NCBI GenBank assembly: GCA_030141605.1
Contig: JAQGDQ010000020.1
Span: 868,001 to 932,000 of the forward strand
Length of the DNA stretch: 64,000 nt
Source: Tubiluchus corallicola
Taxonomy: Eukaryota; Animalia; Priapulida
Reading direction: 5' to 3'
A program made the translations under genes and the position numbers. This document shows, one piece after another, positions 53,525 to 64,000 of this stretch (position 1 is the first letter of the stretch; every line of letters starts with the position of its first letter). The notes below the pieces were generated by a model. It saw nothing but the letters and a program-made list of their open reading frames with translations. It was not told where the DNA came from and made no database searches.

Positions 53525-54362
53525 AGGATACACTCAGTAGAAAGTAGATCTCTGCCAAGCTCGATGGTAATAAACTGGTAAATATATGTACTTATATGCT
53601 AAATCAACTTATAAGGCTATATACATATATGAGCAAAGGTTACAGAAAGCGTTACACAGTTTTCCAAGCGAGAATTTCTCGAAATGTAATCTAAGAGTAA
53701 CTCATAGTTGTTTGTCCTGGTAGAGATAAAAAATGAAGTACACTACCTTGTAGGCAAGTCCAGGGCCTATTTCAGGGGGGAGGGGCAGAAGTGGGGATAC
53801 TTCCCCGGGGCCTCACCCTGCAGGGGGCCGTTTGCCAGTATCGACAAGTATTAAGGACTGTTCTTGAGAATAAAGCAGTTTTTCTTTCAATTGTTCTTTC
53901 CTTTAACAACTGTATAACTCCATATTTTCTCTTCGAAAATGCTTCTCCGGCGTTCTAGCAGTTCAAAAATTTTCTGGGCGCCAACCATGGTGGCGCCCAC
54001 CCCCGGCGCTTCACCTCCCCGGGCCTCGCTTAGGCTGAAATAAGCCCTGGGCAAGTCATCCTCTTTCTAAAGAGCTATTAAACTCCACGCTGAAGTGCTT
54101 CACGAAAGTTTTATGAAACTCGGTCAACTTTTATGAAACTAAGAATGTGCGAAAAAACGCCTATGTTGGCAATTTTAACCTCTCCCCTAGTCCAGGAAAC
54201 TGCGTCAAAATGTATCTTTCTTGCTCACTACCCAAATTCTCCACAAAGTTTCGAGGAAATTTGTGGCGTAGTTTTTGCATAATAAGCTTACCTCTATAAC
54301 AGACGAAAAACAACCGAACAAACAAATTGTGTTGAAGCATAACTTTCTTTGCAGACGTAAAA
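53525..54362 (-). mobile_element. Old non-autonomous element (Crypton-like ends) hosting the hAT MITE
   Basis: Minus strand begins TTTACGTCTGCAAAGAAAGTTATG...TTTGTTTGTT...GAAACTTTGTGGAG and ends GGCAGAGATCTACTTTCTACTGAGTGT. This resembles non-autonomous Crypton-type repeats from memory; not searched. Confidence 0.35.
53761..54049. mobile_element. hAT-type MITE family A, copy 2 (internally deleted)
   Basis: TIR CAGGGCCTATTTCAG/CTGAAATAAGCCCTG; perfect 8-bp TSD GGCAAGTC (53753-53760 and 54050-54057). Confidence 0.92.
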
Positions 54363-54644
54363 ATAAATAAAATAATTATCCCCCACAATAACCCTAACCT
54401 TAAACTCATATTTTATGTGTGCAATTTTTACCGTGCCGTTTTTGCTTGTACCATTTTGAAAGTGCACAGAATCAAGAATATATATGAGTAAAAATAAGCT
54501 TGAACTTGAAGTTGAACATTGAACACGTCTTTACCACGTAAGCATTGTCCAACACTGTCCAGCTGACCTGTAATCAAACTAAAACGCGTGGAACTAGGTT
54601 TGGGAAGTTGCAAAACGCTAGAATTGAAACACGGTGCTAATCGT

Positions 54645-54990
54645 TTTGGACACAGGCTATTTTGAGACATAGGACATTTGGACACAAGACATTTCGACAC
54701 ATAGGACATTTCGACACAAGGACATATGGACTTACAGGACACTTGGACACAAGGATATTTCGACACAAGGACATTTCGACACATAGGACATTTCGACAGA
54801 AGGACATTTCGACACAAAGGACATTTCGACACAAGGACATTTCGACACAAGGACATTTCGACACAAGGGCATTTCGACACATTGAACATTTCGCCACAAG
54901 GACATATGGACTTACAGGACATTTGGACACAGGACGTTGCGTCACATAGGACATTTGAGCACTAGGTATTTTTGACATAGTACATTCAGA
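54645..54990. repeat. 16-bp minisatellite GGACATTTCGACACAA, about 20 copies
   Basis: Read directly from the sequence; followed by (GACAG)n/(GGGCT)n to about 55130. Confidence 0.92.
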
Positions 54991-56139
54991 CGTTGGTAAC
55001 AAGACAAAACAAGACAGGACAGAACAGTACAGGACAGTACAGTACAGGACAGGACAGGACAGGACATGACAGATCAGAAGATAGGCAGGCTGGGCTGGGC
55101 TGGGCTGGGCTGGACAGGACAGGACAAAACAAAAACAACTGGAGTGAAAAAGAAAACAATAAAACGGAAAACAAAAAATGGAAAAGACAAAGAAGAGATG
55201 ACAGTGCCTACAATGAAACGTTTAGCACTCATCTAAAAAACGCAGCAAGGTGACTTTTGATTGGGGACGTAAATTTCTGTTAAGCAGACATGAACAACTA
55301 TTGCCTTGTAAATCATCTACTTAGCGAGTTAGTACATGAAGAACAAATTGAACGCACGTGACTTCATCATGGCTGCCATGTGCACGTGACTTGATTACAT
55401 CTGCTCGGATTTTAAACCGTTGATTAACAACTAGTGTACCATAGCAAATTAAACCGCCCAGACAAATTAACAGCACAATGCCGATGAACAATCACGAAAT
55501 GGAGGCTCATTTTTCACGACGAAGATGATAGATCTGCGGTGGGTGGATTGTGTCAACCCTAAACGAGCTGGAGCTGAGATGTGAGAGACCCACGACTTTC
55601 TTTTCAAACTTTGGCTTAGATTTTATTAAATTACATACTTGTTGCATTTAACGTATGAATTCTGCAGCGCTTTTAAGAACACAGATTTCGCATTACCAGA
55701 ACATTAATGCAAATGGCGTAAAATTTTAAGTTCTTTTTAACCAACAAAATAATAAAAATTAAATTAATTAAAAAATAATAAAATTCTATGGCTACAAATT
55801 AAAAAGCACAACAATAAAATTTGCAGGTCTACACAGCTTCCACCTTCATAAATTATTATTACTATTATTAAGAGCATTTATAAAATATTCATAATTTTAT
55901 AAAAGACGAGACTGGCAGGCTATGTTAGCTCTAATGCCAGCCTATATTGTGACGTGGCAAAATTACAATACATTAGTTTACGTTTGGTAAAATTTACACT
56001 ACATACATTAAAATATGATAAAATAAAAAATCAATAAAATACATCATTTCAAAAAATATGCTACATAATGCGTCACTGAGTCACTAAAATTTTCTGCCAA
56101 ATCGCTCTTACAACAGAAATTACAACTTATAGTTTTTTA

Positions 56140-56532
56140 ACAAAATGATTTCTTTGGTTTTAGAGATTTTTGAAGCGCTGTGCCATTTACACTGGTTTCC
56201 AGAATTTGCAAAAATGAACGTTAAAGATACAAAACTAATAAAAAAAGCCAATAAAAAATATTTTGTGAAAAAGTTCAGGGGAGAAAAAACTACAAAACTG
56301 ATAGGAAAAAAGAATAGAAAACGTTTTTCTCTTTTGTTTTTCTATCAGCTCTATATTAATTTTTTTAGTTTGTAGTTCCGATGTTCGTCTTCAGGAAAAA
56401 CATTTTTTATTGGTTTTTATTAACAGTTTTGCAGTTTTGCAAAATTCAATTTTTGAAAATTACAGAAAGCCGGAACAAATGTAAACATTTTAGTGCTTCA
56501 CCAAATCCAGAGACTAAAACAAATCATTTTGT
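56140..56532. repeat. Large imperfect palindrome (decayed fold-back MITE)
   Basis: Paired segments ACAAAATGATTT..TGAAGCGCT versus AGTGCTTCA..AAATCATTTTGT, CCAATAAAAAAT versus ATTTTTTATTGG, and CTGATAG versus CTATCAG, centred near 56320. Confidence 0.65.
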
Positions 56533-56683
56533 CTGAACAAAGAAAATTTGAACTGATTCCCATTGGAATTTAAAATCGCTTGTTCCATAAAAGTATGACG
56601 CCAAAATTTAGTACTGAAAGTGAATTTTCAATATTAACTTTGCTTGATGAGCCAGCAACAGAATAATTATAACATGGCCCGAA

Positions 56684-56872
56684 TCAGGACTCGTAAATAT
56701 CAACCAACATGTTAATGTAAGAAACACGTGATTGTCCGTGAGTGGGTGAGTACCCTTGGTACCCCACAGCTCCCTCCCCCAGCTTGGACATCCTCACAGT
56801 GAACCTTGGTTTCTCATCAGTCGTTCCAGTAGTCGTAGTGCTGTACTTGGAGTCAAATAAAGATTCAGCTAT
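56684..56872 (-). CDS. Cyanophycinase-like terminal exon
   Basis: Encodes IAESLFDSKYS...SYINMLVDIYES*; acceptor TTGCAG in phase 0. Confidence 0.8.
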   Translation of the reverse strand: MAESLFDSKYSTTTTGTTDEKPRFTVRMSKLGEGAVGYQGYSPTHGQSRVSYINMLVDIYES

Positions 56873-57056
56873 CTGCAAGTTATAGTCAACTATTTAGTAA
56901 TTAGCAACTTAAGTTAGCTTAAGTAACTTAAGCTGTGTAATAGACGACAATACCTTTATGCAGACGCCAAAAATAATTGTATTATAATGGTAATGAAAAT
57001 GATAGTGATATTGGATGAGGTAGTGGTAATGATAGTGATAGTGGCATGGATAGTGA

Positions 57057-57087
<31 letters not shown>

Positions 57088-57212
57088 ATAATAATAATAA
57101 TAATAATTGTATTATAATGGTTATGAAAATGATAGTGGTAGTGGTAATGGTAGTGGCAGTGGCAGTGGCAGTGATAGTGATGATGATGATGATGATGATG
57201 ATGATGTTGATG

Positions 57213-57296
<84 letters not shown>

Positions 57297-60200
57297 GTAA
57301 TAATAATAATAATAGAACAGTCTTTATTTAAAGGCGGCCTCTGAATAACAGTTAAGGCTAAACCGGATACAATTTTAAAGCGTAAGTCAAAATAATCTAC
57401 TCTTTACTCTGTACTCTGTACTCTGTACTCTACTTAGACGGGCACTAGCTAGCGCCTGAATTTCGAAAACGAAAATACACACAAACAGGTGCTGTACCTT
57501 TCAGTTCAGATATGTTCGTTTCTGACGTGCAGCAACGCAGGCAACACGCGCGTTGAATATTTTTGCTGTTGAAAATTACGTTCGTTTGTGATGTCATCAA
57601 TAGTTGGGCTCGCCGCCATTAATTGAGATTTTATTCTATTCTTTAACTATCAAAAATTTGAATCTATTATTTGATTATCAGTAGCGCTTTTCCAGTACTA
57701 TGGGTGTTAAAATGTATATTTTTACCGTACTTGAAAATGGAATAGTATATGGAAAATCATCCTGTCTTCCTTTAACATTTGGATGCATGTACGCATGCTT
57801 CTTTATCGAGGTGTATAAGTACAATCAACATCATGAATTTTACCTCCAAGAAAACGCATTGAGCTTCAGGCGGTCACCGATCCATCAATTGGCCAAATTT
57901 ATATAATTGCACATATTTTTACGAGGGGCATTCTGCCTAAACTTTCACAAAATGTTTTCATCATTCTTTCTCAGTACACATACAGTTACAAAGAAGGAAC
58001 CTCCCTGCTTAATAATTATAGAAAACTACCATAAGCTCAAATCTCATTTAAGTTTTTCGTTGCGTAAGAAACATTTTTCATTTGGTACACCTCCAATATC
58101 AGTGCATCATACGCGCATGAGAATCGGATTTTCTCAGCTAAACTATGACCGTTTCTCTAAAGGCTGTAAAGATAATAACGGTCATCCAATATTGCCGAAT
58201 TGTAACTGTGGATTTCGATTTGAGGCTGTTGAAACCTTTTTGTTGTACTGTCCATTGTATTAACTAGCTAGGGTTGTTATGTTTGGTAAATTAAATGAAA
58301 TACTTCTGCCCGAAAACCTTAATATAGCTGCCTTAGGAAATAATGATCTGTTGAAGTTGTTATTATTCGGAAAAGATGAATTTAACTATGTTGGTAACTG
58401 TAAAATATTCCAATGTATACATGACTTATAGTCTATTCTTACTGTAAATGTTCTTGTAAATAGTGTATAAAGTCTGTTGTGGTGAGGATCCTAAATCATG
58501 TTGTTCAAAGTGTCTGATCCAATCCTAAATAAATTAAGTTTAAACTAACTATTATAATTACATTGGACTCCCTAACACTAACCGTCCAGAGTTACCTTGG
58601 AAAACTCTGCAGTATTTCCTGATTTTGAACTGAAGATGTCGTTACTTGTATAGGCGTAGTTATACCATTCTCGACCAGTAAGATCTGTTTTCCAGTTAGC
58701 AAACGTCACCTGCGTATAAAGATAAAAGAGAATTACATTACTAGCACAGACAGAACCTAAGAACGGACAGGACAACAATACTCAAAATAATTTAATCGTT
58801 AAATTTGGCTAATTAACAAATCAAAAAGCGACGTGAGTTTAAGAAAAACACCAAGATATTTATAGCTGAATTGGCAATAGATCCTGAGAACTTGTACTAA
58901 ACGTGCACATCTAGCAATACATTCTCATAGCATTTACATTCTTCAAATAAACATCTGATTCTGAGAAACCAATTAGTTAGCTAAAATAAAATGAACTAAC
59001 CAAAAGACTTGAGAGTTTTTTCTGACAAAATAAAAAAACGCTGAATTTAAGTCTACAACTGCCGTTGCTGCCACCGCCGCCATAATAGTTTGTGTCATAA
59101 TTGATTAGCAAAACCAGTTAACTGTGGTGGCGGCAATGGCAATGGCAACAGCAACATTTGTCAGATTCAATTCAATTCAGTTCGTTTTTATTACGGTAAA
59201 ATGTGTACCATAAAAAACATGCAATAAAACAATCACGTACATCAAAATTTTCTGTTCTTGTTATTAGTATAAAACAAGCAAAAAACAAGCAAAAACAAGC
59301 AGAAACAATTATTTCGAAAACTTTATAATAGATTGTATGTAAATCTTTCTATGTATTTAAACGGTTTAGTCTAATATGACATATATAACTGGAATTTACC
59401 TGACTAGCACCTTACTTAACAACAACTTACCTGATCAGTAGCCTATTTAACAACAACTTGCCTGACCAATGCCTACTTAACAACAATTTACCTGATTAAT
59501 AGCTTACTTAACAACAATTTACCTGACTAATAGCTTACTTAACAGCAACTTACCTGATCAGTAGCCTATTTAACAACAACTTGCCTGACCAATGCCTACT
59601 TAACAGCAATTTACCTGACTAATAGCTTACTTAACAGCAATTTACCTGACGAATACTTACCATTCCTGTAAATAAATTTATCACATCATGCTCAGTAAGT
59701 TGATGTACAACAACGTCTCTGATGCCCCAGTAATTACCATAAACAACTTCTGCATCGCTAATGTCAATCCAAATGACTCCCCACTCACCAAGTACCTAGA
59801 TGTAGAAAATTTAATTTCTTGTTATTTAGTTTATTTGCAATTGCAAATTTTATAATAAAATAATATAATGGTAATACTAAAAACATAAAAAGAATGTTTT
59901 TTTTAGTACATAATGAATGAATGAATGAATGAATGAATGAATGAATGAATGAATGAATGAATGAATGAATGAATGAATGAATGAATGAATGAATGAATGA
60001 ATGAATGAATGAATGAATGAATGAATGAATGAATGAATGAATGAATGAATGAATGAATGAATGAATGAATGAATGATTGAATGAATGAATGAATGAACGA
60101 ATGAATGAATGAATGAATGAATGAATGAAAGAACGAACGAACAACCACAATCATAACAAAAAACAACAAGAAAATCTTAAATAAAATTATAGCTTTATTA

Positions 60201-60773
60201 ATTGATTCATAACTCTGACAATACCGACTGCAACAGAAATCTTGAAAAAAATTATTTTGGTCTGCCAATGTTTATTACATTTATGTAAAGTACACAATCA
60301 CTACAATACCAAGTCACTTCTTGTTCGTTCGACAATTAAAAAGCGTTCGATCGCCCTTGTTGTCAGCATTCCAGGTCGAGTATTTGAATTTTTCTTTTTT
60401 TACATTTTTGCGTGAACATTTCGTATCTGTAGGCTAATAATTAGCTTAAAAACATCAAAATCTACGAAAAGTTTGTAAAAAAAAAACTAGAGAATTCAAA
60501 AGCCGGTATTTCCAGTTGAATTTACCGTTCCACTTGCGAATGGCGTTCCAACGTTCGTTATCACCAGTGCGGTGTTCTCATCAACGCCGATGCCCCGAGT
60601 TGCTCCAAAATTCTGATTTCTTGTGTCAGAAAGGAGACGTATCAATCGTCCCTCTCTTCCCCGCTCGCTGCAATGCAAAGCTACAGTATTTTAATTCAGT
60701 AACAATGATGACGAGGGTGTTGGATGATGATAATGATGACGACAACGACGATGACGACGACAGCGGTGACGAA

Positions 60774-60834
<61 letters not shown>

Positions 60835-63455
60835 GTGCTGATAATGATCTTGATGTATGATGGTGATGATGATCATGATCATGATGGTGATGGTGATGAT
60901 GGTGATGATGATGACGATGATGACGATGATAATGACGATGATAACAGAGTTGAGGTAAAAGATAAAGATTGAGATAAAGATAGAGATAGAAATGGAGATG
61001 GAGACAGGCACGAAAACGGACGTGGAAGTAGAGACCAAAGAAGTAGATGTAGATGAAAACGAGATGGAGATCATCATAGAAACAGAGATGGACAGATGGC
61101 GGCAGAAACAGAAATTGAGATCATATAAAAATGGAAAAAACTGAATAGAAACGAAAACATAAATATAAATAAAAATATAAGCAAACAACGTTGATTTACA
61201 CATAATATATCACGTTTAGCTTTCATTACGGATTGTACTGACCTAAAGTGGCTGTCTGGAATGAATCCATCCAGCATTCCGATTCCACCTTCTGGATTGT
61301 ACACAAGATCATTAGATCCTATTTCTGTTCCTAACTCATAAGCCCCATACCGCACAGCGTCCCAACTTCTTCCGCCTGAAATATATACCTTATCAGTGGT
61401 AATAGCGACATGTCATGAACAACTAAGCTACATTTATCCTGTAAGATAAACACGTGAATTTGTTAATAAAACTTATTTTAAAAGTATCTTCACGAGAAAG
61501 CCAATTTTTGTATGTCACTGTTGCATTTGAGTAATTTTTTGTTTGGGGTTAAAAAGAGTATTATAGCACTGGTGTAAGTCATCTAATTTATTCTAAAGCA
61601 CAAGAGGACAAATAAAGAAAAAGATTTGCGACAAAGTAAAGCTAGAGGTGGAGATGGAGATGGAGATGGAGATGGAGGAGATGGAAGTGAAGGTGGAAGT
61701 GGAGATGCAGATAGAAATGAAGAAATGGAGACGGAGACAAAATAGAGATAGAGAATAAGATAGCGATAAAGAAAGAGACAGCGATAGAAATAGATGTAGA
61801 GATAGAGATAGGATAGACATAAGATAGAGATAGAGATAGAGATAGAGATAGAGATAGAGATAGAGATAGAGATAGAGATAGAGATAGAGATAGAGATAGA
61901 GATAGAGATAGAGATAGAGATAGAGATAGAGATAGAGATAGAGATAGAGATAGAGGCAGAGGCAGAGGCAGAGGCAGAGGCAGAGGCAGAGGCAGAGGCA
62001 GAGGCAGAGGCAGAGGCAGAGGCAGAGGCAGAGGCAGAGGCAGAGGCAGAGGCAGAGGCAGAGGCAGAGGCAGAGGCAGAGGCAGAGGCAGAGGCAGAGG
62101 CAGAGGCAGAGGCAGAGGCAGAGGCAGAGGCAGAGGCAGAGGCAGAGGCAGAGACAGAGACAGAGACAGAGACAGAGACAGAGACAGAGACAGAGACAGA
62201 GACAGAGACAGAGATAGACATAGACATAGACATAGACATAGACATAGACATAGACATAGACATAGACATAGACATAGACATAGAGACAGAGACAGAGACA
62301 GAGACAGAGACAGAGACAGAGACAGAGACAGAGACAGAGACAGAGACAGAGACAGAGACAGAGACAGAGACAGAGACAGAGACAGAGACAGAGACAGAGA
62401 CAGAGACAGAGACAGAGACAGAGACAGAGACAGAGACAGAGACAGAGACAGAGATAGAGATAGAGGCAGAGACAGAGACAGAAACAAGGACAAAGCAGAG
62501 ATAGAGATAGAGATAGAGATAGAGGTAGAGGTAGAGGTAGAGGTAGAGGTAGAGGTAGAGGTAGAGGTAGAGGTAGAGGTAGAGGTAGAGGTAGAGGTAG
62601 AGGTAGAGGTAGAGGTAGAGATAGAGATAGAGATAGAGATAGAGATAGAGATAGAGATAGAGATAGAGATAGAGATAGAGATAGAGATAGCGATAGCGAT
62701 AGCGATAGCGATAGCGATAGCGATAGCGATAGCGATAGCGATAGCGATAGCGATAGCGATAGCGATAGCGATAGCGATAGCGATAGCGATAGCGATAGCG
62801 ATAGCGATAGCGATAGCGATAGCGATAGCGATAGCGATAGCGATAGAGATAGAGATAGAGATAGAGATAGAGATAGAGATAGAGATAGAGATAGAGATAG
62901 AGATAGAGATAGAGATAGAGATAGAGATAGAGATAGAGATAGAGATAGAGATAGAGATAGAGATAGAGATAGAGATAGAGATAGAGAGAGAGATAGAGAT
63001 AGAGATAGAGATAGAGATAGAGATAGAGATAGAGATAGAGATAGAGATAGAGATAGAGATAGAGATAGAGATAGAGATAGAGATAGAGATAGAGATAGAG
63101 ATAGAGATAGAGATAGAGATAGAGGCAGAGACAGAGACAGAAACAAGGACAAAGCAGAGATAGAGACAGAGACATTGTTACATTAAAAACCCTAATTTAA
63201 AAATAAATGCAACTGATGAAGTTTGACTCTGACACAAAACCGATCTAACCCCCCCCCCGGCTTTTTAGCTTACCCAGCAGAAACATTGAGTAACTGCAAT
63301 AACTATCTGTCTATGTACCTGCCATCATGACGGGTGTTGGTTGGACAGCTGTACCAGCGCTCGTACCCGCAATAACAGCACCATTGTTGTAGACATCACG
63401 AATAGCTGCCATGGCTGGCGACTCTATGCGATTTGGGTTTCCGTCGTCGTAGAAT
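56684..63455 (-). CDS. Cyanophycinase-like serine peptidase (peptidase S51, CphB/CphE family), intron-containing; 5' end outside window; 282 aa visible
   Basis: Minus-strand exons 63455-63319, 61375-61243, 60667-60526, 59795-59661, 58709-58596 and 56872-56684, all GT-AG with matching phases (2 in; 1,2,0,0,0). Motifs GAVIAGTSAG (Ser codon 63361-63359), DSHFSERGREGRL (His 61250-61248) and GIGVDENTAL (Glu 60579-60577). Confidence 0.9.
56975..57315. repeat. (AAT)n/(GAT)n microsatellite with short duplication
   Basis: Read directly from the sequence. Confidence 0.92.
57585..57775 (+). mobile_element. Dispersed repeat, copy 2
   Basis: Homologous to 36990-37195; ends CCTTTAA. Confidence 0.7.
58040..58540 (+). 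mobile_element. CR1/L2-group LINE ORF2 C-terminus and 3' UTR (decayed)
   Basis: HHTRMRIGFSQLN...PNCNCGFRFEAVETFLLYCPLY*..R....LLKLLLFG is a decayed version of the CCHC-type terminus of non-LTR ORF2. Confidence 0.7.
58596..58709 (-). CDS. Cyanophycinase-like exon (C-terminal extension)
   Basis: Encodes VTFANWKTDLTGREWYNYAYTSNDIFSSKSGNTAEFSK; acceptor ACGCAG, donor AAG|GTAACT. Confidence 0.8.
59393..59650. repeat. 31-bp minisatellite, about 8 units, with 123-bp higher-order period
   Basis: Unit CCTGACTAATAGCTTACTTAACAACAATTTA; the variant TTACCTGATCAGTAGCC recurs at 59427 and 59550. Confidence 0.92.
59661..59795 (-). CDS. Cyanophycinase-like exon
   Basis: Encodes VLGEWGVIWIDISDAEVVYGNYWGIRDVVVHQLTEHDVINLFTGM; acceptor TCTAG, donor ATG|GTAAGT. 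Confidence 0.85.
59912..60142. repeat. (GAAT)n microsatellite
   Basis: Read directly from the sequence. Confidence 0.97.
60526..60667 (-). CDS. Cyanophycinase-like exon with Arg motif and catalytic Glu
   Basis: Encodes SERGREGRLIRLLSDTRNQNFGATRGIGVDENTALVITNVGTPFASGT; acceptor TTGCAG, donor ACG|GTAAAT. Confidence 0.9.
60705..61100. repeat. (GAT)n and degenerate (GAGATA)n tract
   Basis: Read directly from the sequence. Confidence 0.9.
61243..61375 (-). CDS. Cyanophycinase-like exon with catalytic His (DSHF)
   Basis: Encodes GRSWDAVRYGAYELGTEIGSNDLVYNPEGGIGMLDGFIPDSHF; acceptor TTTCAG, donor TAG|GTCAGT. Confidence 0.88.
61645..63173. repeat. About 1.5-kb compound hexanucleotide satellite (GAGATA, GAGGCA, GAGACA, GACATA, GAGGTA, GCGATA)
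   Basis: Read directly from the sequence; intronic in the cyanophycinase-like gene. Confidence 0.97.
63319..63455 (-). CDS. Cyanophycinase-like exon with catalytic Ser (GTSAG)
   Basis: Encodes FYDDGNPNRIESPAMAAIRDVYNNGAVIAGTSAGTAVQPTPVMMAG; acceptor TTATTAG, donor CAG|GTACAT; not in the ORF track. Confidence 0.88.
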
Positions 63456-63572
63456 CTAATAATTTGGATGAAGAATCTCTTTCAACAATAACAAACAAGG
63501 CGAGCTAGTATGTACATTGATGCTCCAAAGCTATGATACGACTCATGTATGAACAAATGTTATGAGTCAACA

Positions 63573-63827
63573 ATTAATTAAATTTTGATACCAAACTTGA
63601 AAGAAAGAAAATGTGATAAAGCTGGTATGCAACCTGGATTTGAACCAGTGACCTTCTGCCTACAGTGCACACGCCTTAGACTTTAGGCCACCGTATTTCC
63701 TAGTGGTCAGAGTCGTCCAAAGTTCATCGCTTACAGCTGACCAACTATATTCAGCATTTCCAATGTTAAATCATTCAGACTTTACCATTTCCTGCCTTTC
63801 AAGTTTGGTCTCAAATTTTAATTAATC
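63573..63827. mobile_element. tRNA-derived repeat, copy 2, enclosed by inverted repeats of about 30 bp
   Basis: Minus-strand tRNA-like GGTGGCCTAAAGTCTAAGGCG...CTGGTTCAAATCCAG. ATTAATTAAATTTTGATACCAAACTTGAAAG (63573) is inverted at CTTTCAAGTTTGGTCTCAAATTTTAATTAAT (63796). Confidence 0.6.
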
Positions 63828-64000
63828 GTGAATTAATAATAAATAATGATTTTTTATATTAATATTATAATACGTAAGTTACAAGCAGATAGATACGTAC
63901 CTCCGGACGGGTTTAGCCAATTCTTTTAGCTATCTATTATTGTATCTTCTCTTCAACTGTATGTATGTTGCATATTAGCTTTGTTTGTTAATAAAATACT

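Noticed and set aside
54428-55002. Cys-rich ORFs resembling metallothionein or zinc fingers; CRISPR-like periodicity
   Set aside because: This is a 16-bp minisatellite with no unique spacers, in a eukaryotic context.
58583-58595. Alternative donor GACG|GTTAGT for the penultimate cyanophycinase exon
   Set aside because: It gives phase 1, incompatible with the phase-0 terminal exon.
61583-63175. ORFs of 530, 519 and 283 aa
   Set aside because: They are dipeptide translations of a hexanucleotide satellite inside an intron.

Overview
AT-rich invertebrate animal genomic DNA with spliceosomal GT-AG introns, abundant microsatellites and one 430-N assembly gap; the species cannot be identified from the sequence. 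Four protein-coding genes were assembled by hand with phase-consistent splice sites. (1) A 5-exon gene for a secreted protein with a divergent C-terminal F5/8-C (discoidin) domain, 1534-7070 (+). (2) An intronless JmjC/cupin dioxygenase-like gene with a predicted membrane anchor, 9365-10411 (+). (3) The NK-class homeobox gene Nkx6 in 3 exons, 31091-50628 (+), with a 14.5-kb intron splitting the homeodomain. (4) The last six exons of an intron-containing cyanophycinase-like gene (peptidase S51), 56684-63455 (-), whose 5' end lies beyond the window. Gene 4 keeps the Ser-His-Glu triad and the D-x-H-F-x-x-R-x-R-x-x-R substrate motif of bacterial cyanophycinases and is the most notable observation: a bacterial-type polymer-degrading enzyme integrated as a spliced gene in an animal genome. 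The remainder is transposon debris (hAT-type and Merlin-like MITEs, RTE, CR1/L2 and Penelope fragments, tRNA-derived SINE heads), mini- and microsatellites, and candidate Nkx6 regulatory islands. Most entries in the supplied ORF track are repeat artefacts.
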